Assembly (NCBI GenBank): GCA_964591365.1
Contig: CAZQAP010000002.1
Span: 1 to 42,597, forward strand
DNA length: 42,597 nucleotides
Direction: 5' to 3'
Source: an uncultured Planctomycetales bacterium
GTDB lineage: Bacteria; Planctomycetota; UBA1135
The position numbers and the translations under genes are program-made. Of the stretch, positions 18,448-27,414 are shown one piece after another (position 1 is the first letter of the stretch; each line of letters opens with the position of its first letter). Below the pieces are notes generated by a model. It made no database searches. It saw only the letters and a program-made list of their open reading frames with translations, and had not been told where the DNA came from.

Positions 18448-19778
18448 GCGGCGTCGCTTCCCGCGGCGGGCCGTTCCCGGCGCGCCCGGATGCGCCGGAT
18501 GCGGCGTTCGTCGGCCTCCACGACTTCGAGGTAGACGCCGTCCACCTGCAGGCTCTCGCCGGGGGTGGGGATGCGGCCCAGTTCCTGGAAGATCAGCCCG
18601 GCCACGGTGTCGTAGCCTTCGTCCTCGGGCAGGTCCACTCCCAGGACCTCGTTGAGGTCGCCGACCGGGACGACCCCCTCGATCATCACCTCGCCGGGTC
18701 CCAGGTTCTCGATGGAGGGCTGCGGGGAGGTGGTGTCGTGCTCGTCCTCGATCTCGCCGACGATCTCCTCGAGCAGGTCCTCGATGGTGACCACCCCGGC
18801 CGTGCCGCCGTATTCGTCCACCACCACCGCGAGGTGGTTGCGGCGCCGGCGCATCTCTTCCAGGATGGCGGGCACGCGGGTGGTCTCGGGAATGAAGAAG
18901 GGCGCCCGCATGTGCTCGCGCACCACGGTCTTCTCGAGATCGAGGCCGTCGGGCAGGGCCGCCAGGATGTCCTTGGCGTGGAAGATCCCCACGATGTGGT
19001 CGAGATCGCCCTCGTAGACCGGGATGCGGGAATGTCCCTCGTTGCGCACCACCTCCAGCGCGGTCTGGAGGTTGTCGGAGGCCGTGATGGCCGCCAGCGA
19101 GGTTCGCGGCGTCATCACCTCGGCGGCATCGGTTTCGGGCAGTTCCAGGATGCCCTCGATCATGCGCCGCTCGGTCTCCCCGAGCGCCTCCTGGCGTTCG
19201 GTCTCGCTGGCCACATCGAGGACCTCCTCGGCCAGGGTGCGGGCCGCCTCGCCTTCGGGGTCGGCTCCGAAGCGCCGAAGGGTGGAGGAAAGCAGGGCAG
19301 TGAGCGGCCGCAAGGGGAGCGCCAGCACCCGGATGAGCGGCAGGATGGCAAGGACCGGGGCGAGGCCGCGCCCGCGCACCGCGAGGGCCGGGAAGCCCTC
19401 CAACAGGAACGCCGCGGCGAGCCCGAAGAGGATCCAGGCCGTCCAGACCTCGGGACCGGGGGCCAGACGGTCGGACTGGCGCACCATCCAGACCACCGCC
19501 GCGAACAGCCCGGCGATGCGCACCAGGCCGGCGGTGCCGGCGAGCCAGGCGGGAGGGTCTTCCAGCAGCGCCTTCTTGCGGCCCGAGCGCGCGGGAAGCC
19601 CGGCCAGAAGCTGGTGGCGCAGCGGCGAGGCGCAGAGCGCGCGCACCCCCCCCGCGAAGGCTGCCAGAAGCAGCAGGGCGAGCGGAACGAGGACCAGTCC
19701 GGCCAGGGATGGGGGCGCGGAGTCGCCTGTGGAAGGCGGAAGGATGGTCCCGAGGACTACCGTAAGTGGATCGCTCAA
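18444..19778 (-). CDS. CNNM/CorC-HlyC family transporter-associated protein (DUF21 + CBS pair + CorC_HlyC)
   Basis: It has TM segments, then a CBS pair (EVMTPRTSLAAI..., HSRIPVYEGDLDHIVGIFHAKDIL, AVVVDEYGGTAGVVTIEDLLEEIVGEI) and a C-terminal transporter-associated domain. The start is inferred at TTG 19778, with GTG 19844 as an alternative. Confidence 0.82.
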   Translation of the reverse strand: MSDPLTVVLGTILPPSTGDSAPPSLAGLVLVPLALLLLAAFAGGVRALCASPLRHQLLAGLPARSGRKKALLEDPPAWLAGTAGLVRIAGLFAAVVWMVRQSDRLAPGPEVWTAWILFGLAAAFLLEGFPALAVRGRGLAPVLAILPLIRVLALPLRPLTALLSSTLRRFGADPEGEAARTLAEEVLDVASETERQEALGETERRMIEGILELPETDAAEVMTPRTSLAAITASDNLQTALEVVRNEGHSRIPVYEGDLDHIVGIFHAKDILAALPDGLDLEKTVVREHMRAPFFIPETTRVPAILEEMRRRRNHLAVVVDEYGGTAGVVTIEDLLEEIVGEIEDEHDTTSPQPSIENLGPGEVMIEGVVPVGDLNEVLGVDLPEDEGYDTVAGLIFQELGRIPTPGESLQVDGVYLEVVEADERRIRRIRARRERPAAGSDAA

Positions 19779-19922
19779 GCTGGTGCGCCGCTCCCCCCGG
19801 GCCGCCTTGCGGCGGGGGAGGGCTTTGCCCAAAGTATAGTCCACGGGAGGGGGCCGCCGGCGGGCTTCCTCCCCCCGGGGCCGCTTCCCCGGCTCTCCTG
19901 CGCCCCCTGGGGCGGCTTTTTC

Positions 19923-21184
19923 GTGGAACGGACCCCCTGCAGCCTGCTGATCGCCCATGCCGCCCGGGTGGTGACCCTGGATGCCGGGGCCGGGGGCGCT
20001 CTTCCCGCCCCGGGTGCTCTCGAGGCCCTGCCGGTCTTCCCGGGGGGAGCCGTGGCGGTGGAAGGGGCGCGCATCGCGGCGGTGGGACCCGAAAGCGAGC
20101 TGCGCGCCCGCTTCGAGCCGCGGGAGGTGCTCGACGCCGGCGGCGGGCTCGTGATCCCCGCCTTCGTGGACGCCCACACCCATCCGGCCTTCGCCGCCGG
20201 CCGCGCGCAGGAGTTCCAGTGGCGCAGCGAGGGGATGGACTACGTCGAGATCGCCCGCCGGGGGGGGGGATCCTCGCTTCGGTGCGCGCGGTGCGCGAGG
20301 CGAGTGAGGAGGAGCTGGCCCGTTGCGTGGCGGACCACTTCCGCCGCATGCAGCGCTGCGGCACGGCCTCGTGCGAGGCCAAGTCGGGCTACGGGTTGAG
20401 CACGGCGGAGGAACTCAAATCGCTGCGCGCCATCCGCGCGGCGGCCGAGGAGACCGGCATGCAGGTCTTCCCCACCTTTCTGGGCGCCCACGCGGTGCCC
20501 GAGGAACACTCCGGCGATCCCGACCGCTACCTGGCGATCCTGTGCGAGGAGTCGCTCCCCGCGGTGGCCGAGGCGGGGCTCGCGCGCGCGGCCGACATCT
20601 ACGTCGAGGCGCACGCCTTCGACCTCGCGCGCGCGCGGCGCTATCTCGCGCGCGCGCGGGAGCTGGGCTTCGCCCTGCGGGTGCACGCCGAGCAGTTTGC
20701 GACCCTGGGCGGCGCGGCGCTCGCCGCCGAGCTGGGGGCCGAATGTGCCGACCATCTGGAAGCGCTCGACGACGCCGGGCTCGAGGCCCTGGCCTCGAGC
20801 GGCCGCACCTTCGCGGGGCTTCTGCCGGCGGTGGCCCATTTCCTGCGCCAGAAGACCGACGCCCCCGCCCGCCGCCTGATCCAGGCCGGAGTGCCCTGGT
20901 TCCTGGCCACCGATTTCAACCCCGGAACCTGCTACACCCCCTCGCTTCCGGAAGTCATCCATTTCGCCCGCATCCGCCTGCGGCTCTCCCCCCTGGAGGC
21001 CCTGGCCGGCGCCACCCTCCATGCGGCCGCCAGCCTGGGCGCCGGCGACCGCAAGGGCCGCCTGGCCCCCGGCCTCGACGCCGACCTCGCCGTCCTGGAG
21101 ATGACGGATCTGCAGGAACTCGGTTACGCCTTCGGCGAAAACCCCGTCCGCCACCTGGTCTCCCGCGGCCGGGTGGTCTTCTAG
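19923..21184 (+). pseudogene. hutI: imidazolonepropionase (hutI) interrupted by a 1-nt frameshift in a G10 tract (or an assembly error)
   Basis: The N-terminal part (GTG 19923; LLIAHAARVVTLD...PAFVDAHTHPAF...DYVEIARRGGG) is in the frame of ORF 18738-20399. The remainder (GGGILASVRAVR...EAKSGYGL...HAEQ...ATDFNPG...DADLAV) is in the frame of ORF 19766-21184. The switch occurs at G10, positions 20260-20269. Confidence 0.85.
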
Positions 21185-21272
21185 CCGAAAAGCCGTCACG
21201 GACGCGGGCGGAGCTGGAAAGGGGAAGAGAAGGTCCTGGATCTTCGTGTGCCCGAACAGGGGGGAATTGACA

Positions 21273-21794
21273 ATGTCCGCAGAGGTCCAAGGAAGCGCCA
21301 CCCTTCCCGCCGAAGCCCATCTTTCCGAGCGGCTCGTCGGGGAAGCAACCCTCGCCGGCGGCCTGGGGGCCGTGGCGATCATGGTCTGGTTCCTGATCCT
21401 GGACACGATCCAGGGTCATCCGCTCTACACGCCGACCGTGCTGGGCACGGTCCTCTTCCACTCCGGCGAGGCCGTGTCGCTCGCCGATCTGCCGGTCTCG
21501 CTCGGCATGGTGGCGCTCTACACCATCCTCCACGGGGTGGGGTTTTGCTTCGTGGGCTACGTGGCCGTGCGGCTCTTCGTGGCCGCCGAACGCCATCCGG
21601 CCTGGCTCTTCGGCCTGCTGCTCTTCTTCATCTTCTTCTTCGCGGGCTTCCTGGCCTTCAACCTGCTCACCGACCTGCCGGTGTTCGAGGCGATCTCGGT
21701 CCCGGCGGTCCTGGGCGGCAACTTTCTGGCGGCCTTCTTCATGGGCCGCTACCTCTGGCGCCGCCACCCGCTCGACCTGCGCCAGCTCCTCTGA
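21273..21794 (+). CDS. hypothetical integral membrane protein (about 4 TM)
   Basis: ATG at 21273 after GGGGAATTGACA (alternative GTG at 21246). Hydrophobic segments include GGLGAVAIMVWFLIL, VALYTILHGVGFCFVGYVAV, LFGLLLFFIFFFAGFLAF and VLGGNFLAAFF. Confidence 0.55.
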   Translation: MSAEVQGSATLPAEAHLSERLVGEATLAGGLGAVAIMVWFLILDTIQGHPLYTPTVLGTVLFHSGEAVSLADLPVSLGMVALYTILHGVGFCFVGYVAVRLFVAAERHPAWLFGLLLFFIFFFAGFLAFNLLTDLPVFEAISVPAVLGGNFLAAFFMGRYLWRRHPLDLRQLL

Positions 21795-21839
21795 GGTTCA
21801 ATGCGGCCGGCGAGCTTTCGGGTGGCGGAGCCGAGGCCT

Positions 21840-23558
21840 CTACAGCGTAAAGTTCAGGGTGCGGGCCACCGAGCAGAAGTCGAAGTTGCTGTTGATGACC
21901 ACCAGGGTGATCGGGAAGTGGTGGCCGAGAAGCTTGAGCGGCAGGGCGAAGGGGGGAACGGTTACATGCGCAATAGCCTTTCCGTTTTCATTGAGAATGC
22001 CTTGGAATCCGGAAGTGCCCGAAGGGGTTTTGCCGTTCCTGGAAGCATGGAAGTATTTGTCCCGTGTGAGGGGGATCAGAAGACCGTTGAGTGTGGTGGG
22101 CCCGGTTCCGTGGGCGGACAAGAGGATCTGATAACTGGCGCCCGCATCCACGTCTGGGAAGTCGATCGCGTAGTCGATCCTTCCGCCGGAGGTTACCGAA
22201 AGCACATCTGCGGAAGCGGTGAGGATCGGGTTGAAGGTATAGACGAATGCCGACCCCGCATGGGAAAGGCCGTTGGGGTGGGCAAGCGGGGCTCCGATGA
22301 TCAGGTCCGGAACTCCATCCCTGTCCACGTCTCTTGCTCTGGACACCGAAAACCCCAACGCGGCCCTGGCAGTCAACCCGTCGAGGCGGAATAGTTGAGT
22401 TCCTGTTGCCCCGGAGAAGACCAGGGTCGAACCCGCTTGGTAGATTCCGCTGGGGTGTGCAAATGGGGCTCCGACGATCACATCGCCCAAGCCATCGCCG
22501 TCGATATCTCCGGCTCCGTCAACGGAATGTCCCAGGTGGTCACTGCTGGCTTTGCCGTCCAATCGCCAGAGCTGGGCACCCGTTGCGCCTGAAAAGACAA
22601 AGGCCGAGCCTGCATACGTGAGGCCGTTGGGGGCTGCACCCGGGGAGCCGACGATCATGTCATCAAAGCCATCGCCGTCAACATCCCCTGCGCCTCCGAC
22701 GGAATACCCCAGCAAGTCAAAAGCTCTCAAGCCGTCGAAGCGGAGGAGCCGGGCTCCCGTTGCGCCGGAGAATACGAAAGCCGACCCTGCATTGGGGAGG
22801 CCATGAGGATGAGCACCATAGGCTCCCACGATCAGGTCGGGAACCCCATCGCCGTCTACGTCCCCTGCCCTGGCCACGGATTTCCCCAAAAAGGACTGTA
22901 TTCCTAAGCCATCGAACTGAAAGAGCTGCAATCCTGAGGCTCCGGAGAAAACAAAGGCGGAGCCCGCACTCCCATGTTTGTTGGGATCAGCATAGGGAGC
23001 GCCAACGATAAAATCATTGAAACCGTCTCCGTCCAGATCTCCAGCGCCGGCCACGGACCATCCCAACCGATCTCCGGCTCCAAGGCCGTTAAAGCGCCAG
23101 ATCTGCTCTCCGGTCGCCCCGGAGAAGACGAAGACGGAGCCCGAATACGGGAGACCGTTGGGATCCGCCTTGACGGCTCCAGCGATCAGGTCGTCGAATC
23201 CATCCCCATTCACGTCCCCGGCACCGGCCACGGACCATCCCAGGTAGTCCCCCGCGCCAAGGCCGTCGAAACGCCACAACTGTTCTCCGGTCGCTCCGGA
23301 GAAGACGAAGGCGGACCCTGCCGCGGAGAGGCCCTTGGGATCAGCCCCGGGAGCGCCGACGATCAAATCAACGAAACCGTCTCCGTCCACGTCTCCGGCG
23401 TCGGAGACAGAGAACCCGAATTCGTCATCCATCGCGAGGCCGTTGAAACGGCGTCCCAGGTCTTCGGTCCCACCCACCGTCTGGGCTGAAAGGGCGGGTG
23501 GAAGGAAAGCCTGGGCCAAACCTGCAAGGGCAAGTGACAGGAGAAATGGGGGATGCAT
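21840..23558 (-). CDS. secreted FG-GAP repeat protein, paralog P1 (7 blades + conserved C-terminal module)
   Basis: ATG 23558 with GGAG 7 nt upstream. Signal peptide MHPPFLLSLALAGLAQAFLPPALSAQ/TVGG. It has seven blades with DxDxDG loops. The C-terminal module starts at TFNPIL. Confidence 0.9.
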   Translation of the reverse strand: MHPPFLLSLALAGLAQAFLPPALSAQTVGGTEDLGRRFNGLAMDDEFGFSVSDAGDVDGDGFVDLIVGAPGADPKGLSAAGSAFVFSGATGEQLWRFDGLGAGDYLGWSVAGAGDVNGDGFDDLIAGAVKADPNGLPYSGSVFVFSGATGEQIWRFNGLGAGDRLGWSVAGAGDLDGDGFNDFIVGAPYADPNKHGSAGSAFVFSGASGLQLFQFDGLGIQSFLGKSVARAGDVDGDGVPDLIVGAYGAHPHGLPNAGSAFVFSGATGARLLRFDGLRAFDLLGYSVGGAGDVDGDGFDDMIVGSPGAAPNGLTYAGSAFVFSGATGAQLWRLDGKASSDHLGHSVDGAGDIDGDGLGDVIVGAPFAHPSGIYQAGSTLVFSGATGTQLFRLDGLTARAALGFSVSRARDVDRDGVPDLIIGAPLAHPNGLSHAGSAFVYTFNPILTASADVLSVTSGGRIDYAIDFPDVDAGASYQILLSAHGTGPTTLNGLLIPLTRDKYFHASRNGKTPSGTSGFQGILNENGKAIAHVTVPPFALPLKLLGHHFPITLVVINSNFDFCSVARTLNFTL

Positions 23559-23849
23559 TGAGGGTCTCCTCGTTCAACCGGAACCAGGCAAACAAACTGG
23601 CTTCTCAAAGATTTCCGCGTTCGTTGGCCCAAACGGTTCAAGCGCAAGAAACCCCACTATCTGCCAAAACCTGCCCGCAAAAACGCCAGGAGGCCCCAAA
23701 AACCATGCCTGATCACTGCCCGCCCCGGCCGCTCGGCCCATCGGCCTCCACGTCGCCGGGAACCGGGAGGGAATTGCCGGGCAGCCCATGCCAGACCGGC
23801 GAGGAAAAGGGAAAGAGTGGTGGCTGTTTTCATCCTGTCGAACCATTGC

Positions 23850-23884
23850 GAAAATCCCTCCCCGGCCTGCCGGGCCGGGGAGGG
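23850..23884 (-). terminator. intrinsic terminator after paralog P2
   Basis: Perfect 12-bp stem CCCTCCCCGGCC / GGCCGGGGAGGG (23856-23884) with a 5-nt loop. On the minus strand it is followed by ATTTTCG. Confidence 0.6.
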
Positions 23885-23924
23885 GCAGCGGTTTTTCGGG
23901 CCTTTTTCGGGCTCCGGGGGCCTT

Positions 23925-25454
23925 CTAGGGCGTGAAGACGACCTTGCGCGCCACGGACGCGAACTCGAGGCTCTTGTCGGCCGCGGCGAGGAAGATCGTG
24001 CGGCCGATCAGCTTGGCGGGGAGACTCCCGGGGGCCGCTGCGATCCCGGCCGTCGCCTGTCCTTGGGCGTCGAGGCTGCCCTGGAACCCGGAGGCCTGCG
24101 GCGGGGTGCGCCCCTTCCGGGAAGAGCGGAACAGCCGGTCGGGCGTGAGCGGAACGAGGAGATCCCGGAGCATGACGGGTCCCGTGCCGTGGGCCGACAA
24201 CAGGATCCGGTATCTCGCTCCCGCATCCACGTCGGGGAAGTCCAGCTTGTAGTCGATCGGTCCTCCCGCGGCGATCGAAAGGGTCTCCGCGGAAGCCCGC
24301 AGGATCGGATTGAAGCTCAAGACCAGCGCCGAGCCGGCGTCGGTGCGGCCGCCGGGATCGGAACCGACCGCGCCGGTGACGAAGTCGGCCAGCCCGTCGC
24401 CGTCCAGGTCTCCGGTGCGGGCGACCGAGAACCCCAGCAGGTCGCCGGCCCCCTCGCCGTGGAAGCGGTAGAGCGGGAGTCCGCCGGCTCCGGAAAAGAC
24501 GAAGACCGAACCGGCGTCCGTGCGCGCGAACGGATCGGCGCGCATGGCCCCCACGATCAGGTCGGGGACGCCGTCCGCATCGAGGTCGCCGACTCCGGCT
24601 CCGGAGAAACCGAGCTGATCGCCCGGGTTCTGCCCGTCGAAGCGGAGGATCCGGTTTCCGGTGGCCCCCGAAAAAACGAAGGCCGAACCGTAATTGCCCT
24701 GGGGACCGGGGTCGGTGCGGGGGGCGCCCGCCAGGATGTCTCCGACCCCGTCGCCGTCGAGGTCGCCCGCGGCGGCCACGAAGCTGCCCAGCATTCCGCC
24801 GGCGACGCCGCCATGGATGACGAGGATCTTGTTGCCGGTCGCTCCGGAGAAGACCAGAACGGAACCGGCGTCCACGAGGCCGCTGGGGTCGGCGCGCCGG
24901 GCGCCTACGAGCAGGTCGGGCACGCCGTCTCCGTCGAGATCGCCGATGCCGGAGACGGAGACGCCCAGGCGCTCGTGGACCGACTGGCCGTCGAAGCGGA
25001 AGAGCAGGCTGCCCGTGGCCCCGGAATAGACGAAGGCCGAACCGGCATCCTCGAGTCCGCCGGGATCCGCCAGCACGGCCCCGGCGATCAGGTCGGGGAT
25101 GCCGTCGCCATCCACGTCGCCGGCCGAGGCCACCGAGAAACCGAGCAGGTCGGTCGGGGACTGGCCGTCGATCCGGAGGATGCGGTTTCCGGTGGCCACC
25201 GAAACCACCTGGATGGAGCCGGAAGCCAGGCCGTTGGAGGAGGCCTGCGGCGCTCCCAGGATCAGGTCGCCGATGCCGTCCGCGTCCACGTCGCCGGCGG
25301 CGGAGACCGCGTAGCCCAGAGAGTCGCCCGCAGCGAAGCCGTCGAAGCGCGCGCTCTGGTCGAAGGTTCCGCCCACCGTCTGCGCGGCGAGCGGGGAAGA
25401 AAGCAGGGTCAGGACGAGCCCGACGGAAAGGTCCAGCAAGGCTGGGGTATTCAT
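23925..25454 (-). CDS. secreted FG-GAP repeat protein, paralog P2 (6 blades + conserved C-terminal module)
   Basis: ATG 25454 with GGAGACGAC upstream. Signal peptide MNTPALLDLSVGLVLTLLSSPLAAQ/TVGG. It has six blades. 509 aa, about one blade shorter than its siblings. Confidence 0.88.
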   Translation of the reverse strand: MNTPALLDLSVGLVLTLLSSPLAAQTVGGTFDQSARFDGFAAGDSLGYAVSAAGDVDADGIGDLILGAPQASSNGLASGSIQVVSVATGNRILRIDGQSPTDLLGFSVASAGDVDGDGIPDLIAGAVLADPGGLEDAGSAFVYSGATGSLLFRFDGQSVHERLGVSVSGIGDLDGDGVPDLLVGARRADPSGLVDAGSVLVFSGATGNKILVIHGGVAGGMLGSFVAAAGDLDGDGVGDILAGAPRTDPGPQGNYGSAFVFSGATGNRILRFDGQNPGDQLGFSGAGVGDLDADGVPDLIVGAMRADPFARTDAGSVFVFSGAGGLPLYRFHGEGAGDLLGFSVARTGDLDGDGLADFVTGAVGSDPGGRTDAGSALVLSFNPILRASAETLSIAAGGPIDYKLDFPDVDAGARYRILLSAHGTGPVMLRDLLVPLTPDRLFRSSRKGRTPPQASGFQGSLDAQGQATAGIAAAPGSLPAKLIGRTIFLAAADKSLEFASVARKVVFTP

Positions 25455-25674
25455 GGTCGTCTCCGTTTCGAAGGGTCGGTTCCGTCCGATTCCAGGGGGC
25501 GAGGAACATGGCGCGGATTCCGGGAAAGGAGTCCGCGCGAACGGTGCAGAATGGGTCAAGGGGGCGCGCCGCGGGTTCGATTCCGCCCGCTCTCCGTGCG
25601 AAAAGGAACAAAGCCCCCGGCGGAGACCGGAAGCTTGCAAGGAACGGGCATCACGAACAGGAGGGAGGCAAATA

Positions 25675-25690
25675 CCGTTCCACTGAACGG
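25675..25690 (-). terminator. weak candidate terminator after paralog P3
   Basis: The minus strand reads CCGTTC-AGTG-GAACGG followed by TATTTG. The stem is short. Confidence 0.3.
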
Positions 25691-25715
25691 GGAATCTTTC
25701 CCTGCGGCCCGTCCG

Positions 25716-27404
25716 CTACGGCAGGAACGAAAGCCGCCGGGCGACGGAGGCGAAGTCGAGCTTGTCGTTGATGGCGGCGAGGAAGAAGGTGCGGCCGATC
25801 AGCTTGGCGGGAAGGGTGCCGGGCGCGGCGGTGAAACGGGCCGCGGAGCGGCCCTGGGGATCCAGGATTCCCTGGAAACCGATCCCCTGGGGAGGGGTGT
25901 TCCCCTCGAGGGAGGCCCGGAAGAAGCGGTCGTTCGTCAGAGGGATCGAAAGGCCCTTGAAGAGGGTCGGACCGGTCCCGGTCGCGGAAAGAAGGAGCTC
26001 GTATTCCCGGCCGGCATCCACGTCGGGGAAATCGATGGAGTAATCGACCGCTCCCCCCGCAGCGATCGAGAAGGCTTCCGCCGAGGCGCTCAAAATCGGG
26101 TTGTAAGTGAAGACGGAGGCGGAGCCGGTTTCGCGAAAGCCGCCCTCTTCGGACAGGGGCGCCCCGATGAAGAGTTCGGGAGAACCGTCTCCGTCCAGGT
26201 CGCCGGCATCCACAACCGAGGAGCCGAAGCTGGCGCCCGGCTTCGAGCCATCGAGGCGAACGATGAGTTCCCCGGTGGCTCCAGAGAAGAGGAAAGCCGA
26301 CCCTGCATCCGTGCGGCCTTCCGGATCCGTTCCGTTGGCGCCGATGAGGATGTCGGGCACCCCGTCGCCGTCCGCATCCCCCGTGGCCGCCACGGAGGAG
26401 CCGAAGAAATCGTTGATCCCCGCTCCATCGAAACGGCGGATCACGGCCCCGCTCGCCCCCGAGAAGACGAAGACCGAACCCGCATTGACGATCCCCTGCG
26501 GGTCGGAGCCGCGGGCCGCGACGAGAAGGTCGGGAACGCCGTCGCCGTCCAGATCGCCGGCGGGGGCCAGGGAACTGCCCGTCAGGTCGCTGGCGTGCGC
26601 GCCGTCGAAGCGGAAGAGCTGGGCGCCGGTGGCACCGGAGAAGACGAAGGCCGACCCGGCGAAGGTGAGACCGCCGGGGTCAGCGCTGAAGGCCCCGATG
26701 AGCAGGTCATCGTGTCCGTCGCCGTCCACGTCGCCGGCCGTGGAGACGGCGTTGCCCAGGAAATCGCCGGGCTCCCCGCCGTCGAAGCGGAGGATCCGTC
26801 TTCCGGTGGCCCCCGAAAAGACGAACGCCGACCCCGCCCCCGTCCTGCCGTTCGGGGAGGCGCCCTGGGCGCCCACGACCAGGTCGGGCACGCCGTCGCC
26901 GTTGACGTCGCCGGCCGGGGCCAGCGCCGTGCCCAGTCCTTCCCAGGCCGCCGTGCCGTCCAGGCGGAACAACAGTTTCCCGGTGGCGCCGGAGACCAGA
27001 AGGACGGAACCGGCATGATCCAGGCCGTTGGGTGCCGAGGGGGGGCTGCCGATGGCCGCGTCTTCCCGCCCGTCTCCGTCCAGGTCGCCGACCAAGGCGA
27101 CGGCACGGCCGAACTCCCCGTGATTCTTGTTCCCAACGCTCCAGAGAAGGTTTCCGCTGGCGCCGGAAAGGGCCAGGATCCTGGCCTTGGGATAGGCGTA
27201 AAGGGCTCCCACGATCAGATCCCCGACGCCGTCCCCGTCGAGGTCGCCGCCCCCGGCGACGGGGCATCCGAAACGTTCCCCTCCGTCCGTTCCCTCGAAG
27301 TGGAACATCGTGTCGAAGGTCCCGCCGTTCAACTGAGCCGGAAGGCGTGAGGAGAGCAGGACCAGGAAAAGGCCGGCCGGAAGGAGGCAGGGAAGACGGA
27401 TCAT
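25716..27404 (-). CDS. secreted FG-GAP repeat protein, paralog P3 (7 blades + conserved C-terminal module)
   Basis: ATG 27404, only 10 nt after the P4 stop. Signal peptide MIRLPCLLPAGLFLVLLSSRLPAQ/LNGG. 562 aa. Confidence 0.9.
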   Translation of the reverse strand: MIRLPCLLPAGLFLVLLSSRLPAQLNGGTFDTMFHFEGTDGGERFGCPVAGGGDLDGDGVGDLIVGALYAYPKARILALSGASGNLLWSVGNKNHGEFGRAVALVGDLDGDGREDAAIGSPPSAPNGLDHAGSVLLVSGATGKLLFRLDGTAAWEGLGTALAPAGDVNGDGVPDLVVGAQGASPNGRTGAGSAFVFSGATGRRILRFDGGEPGDFLGNAVSTAGDVDGDGHDDLLIGAFSADPGGLTFAGSAFVFSGATGAQLFRFDGAHASDLTGSSLAPAGDLDGDGVPDLLVAARGSDPQGIVNAGSVFVFSGASGAVIRRFDGAGINDFFGSSVAATGDADGDGVPDILIGANGTDPEGRTDAGSAFLFSGATGELIVRLDGSKPGASFGSSVVDAGDLDGDGSPELFIGAPLSEEGGFRETGSASVFTYNPILSASAEAFSIAAGGAVDYSIDFPDVDAGREYELLLSATGTGPTLFKGLSIPLTNDRFFRASLEGNTPPQGIGFQGILDPQGRSAARFTAAPGTLPAKLIGRTFFLAAINDKLDFASVARRLSFLP

Positions 27405-27414
27405 GGTTTGCGGG

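Noticed and set aside
19826-19845. The low-GC patch CCAAAGTATAGTCCAC in the corC-like/hutI divergent region could be -10 boxes (TATAGT on plus, TATACT on minus).
   Set aside because: This is plausible, but I found no matching -35 elements at 16-18 nt on either strand. It is too weak to call as a feature. I used it only as soft support for the TTG 19778 start of the corC-like gene.
10789-20382. N-terminal extensions of the composite minus-strand ORFs 10789-13359, 12824-14398, 13981-16440, 16254-17555, 16757-18043, 17677-20382 and 18444-20183.
   Set aside because: In each case the recognisable protein begins at an internal ATG, GTG or TTG located at or next to the stop codon of the upstream gene. 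The extension is an out-of-frame overlap of that upstream gene.
23640-23700. A sigma-54-like TGGCAG...TTGCG on the minus strand upstream of P1.
   Set aside because: The GG-to-GC spacing is 18 nt, or 8 nt using the alternative GG, not the required 10 nt. No enhancer-binding protein gene is nearby.
25571-25590. GGGTTCGATTCCGCC (and GTCGTTCGATTCCGC at about 29148-29163) resembles a tRNA T-arm. This suggested a tRNA gene or an integration-site remnant.
   Set aside because: The 5 nt either side of TTCGATT do not pair (GCGGG versus CCGCC). No acceptor-stem complement or anticodon arm lies within 80 nt upstream. No integrase or direct-repeat partner is present. I treat it only as part of the shared upstream element of P2 and P4.
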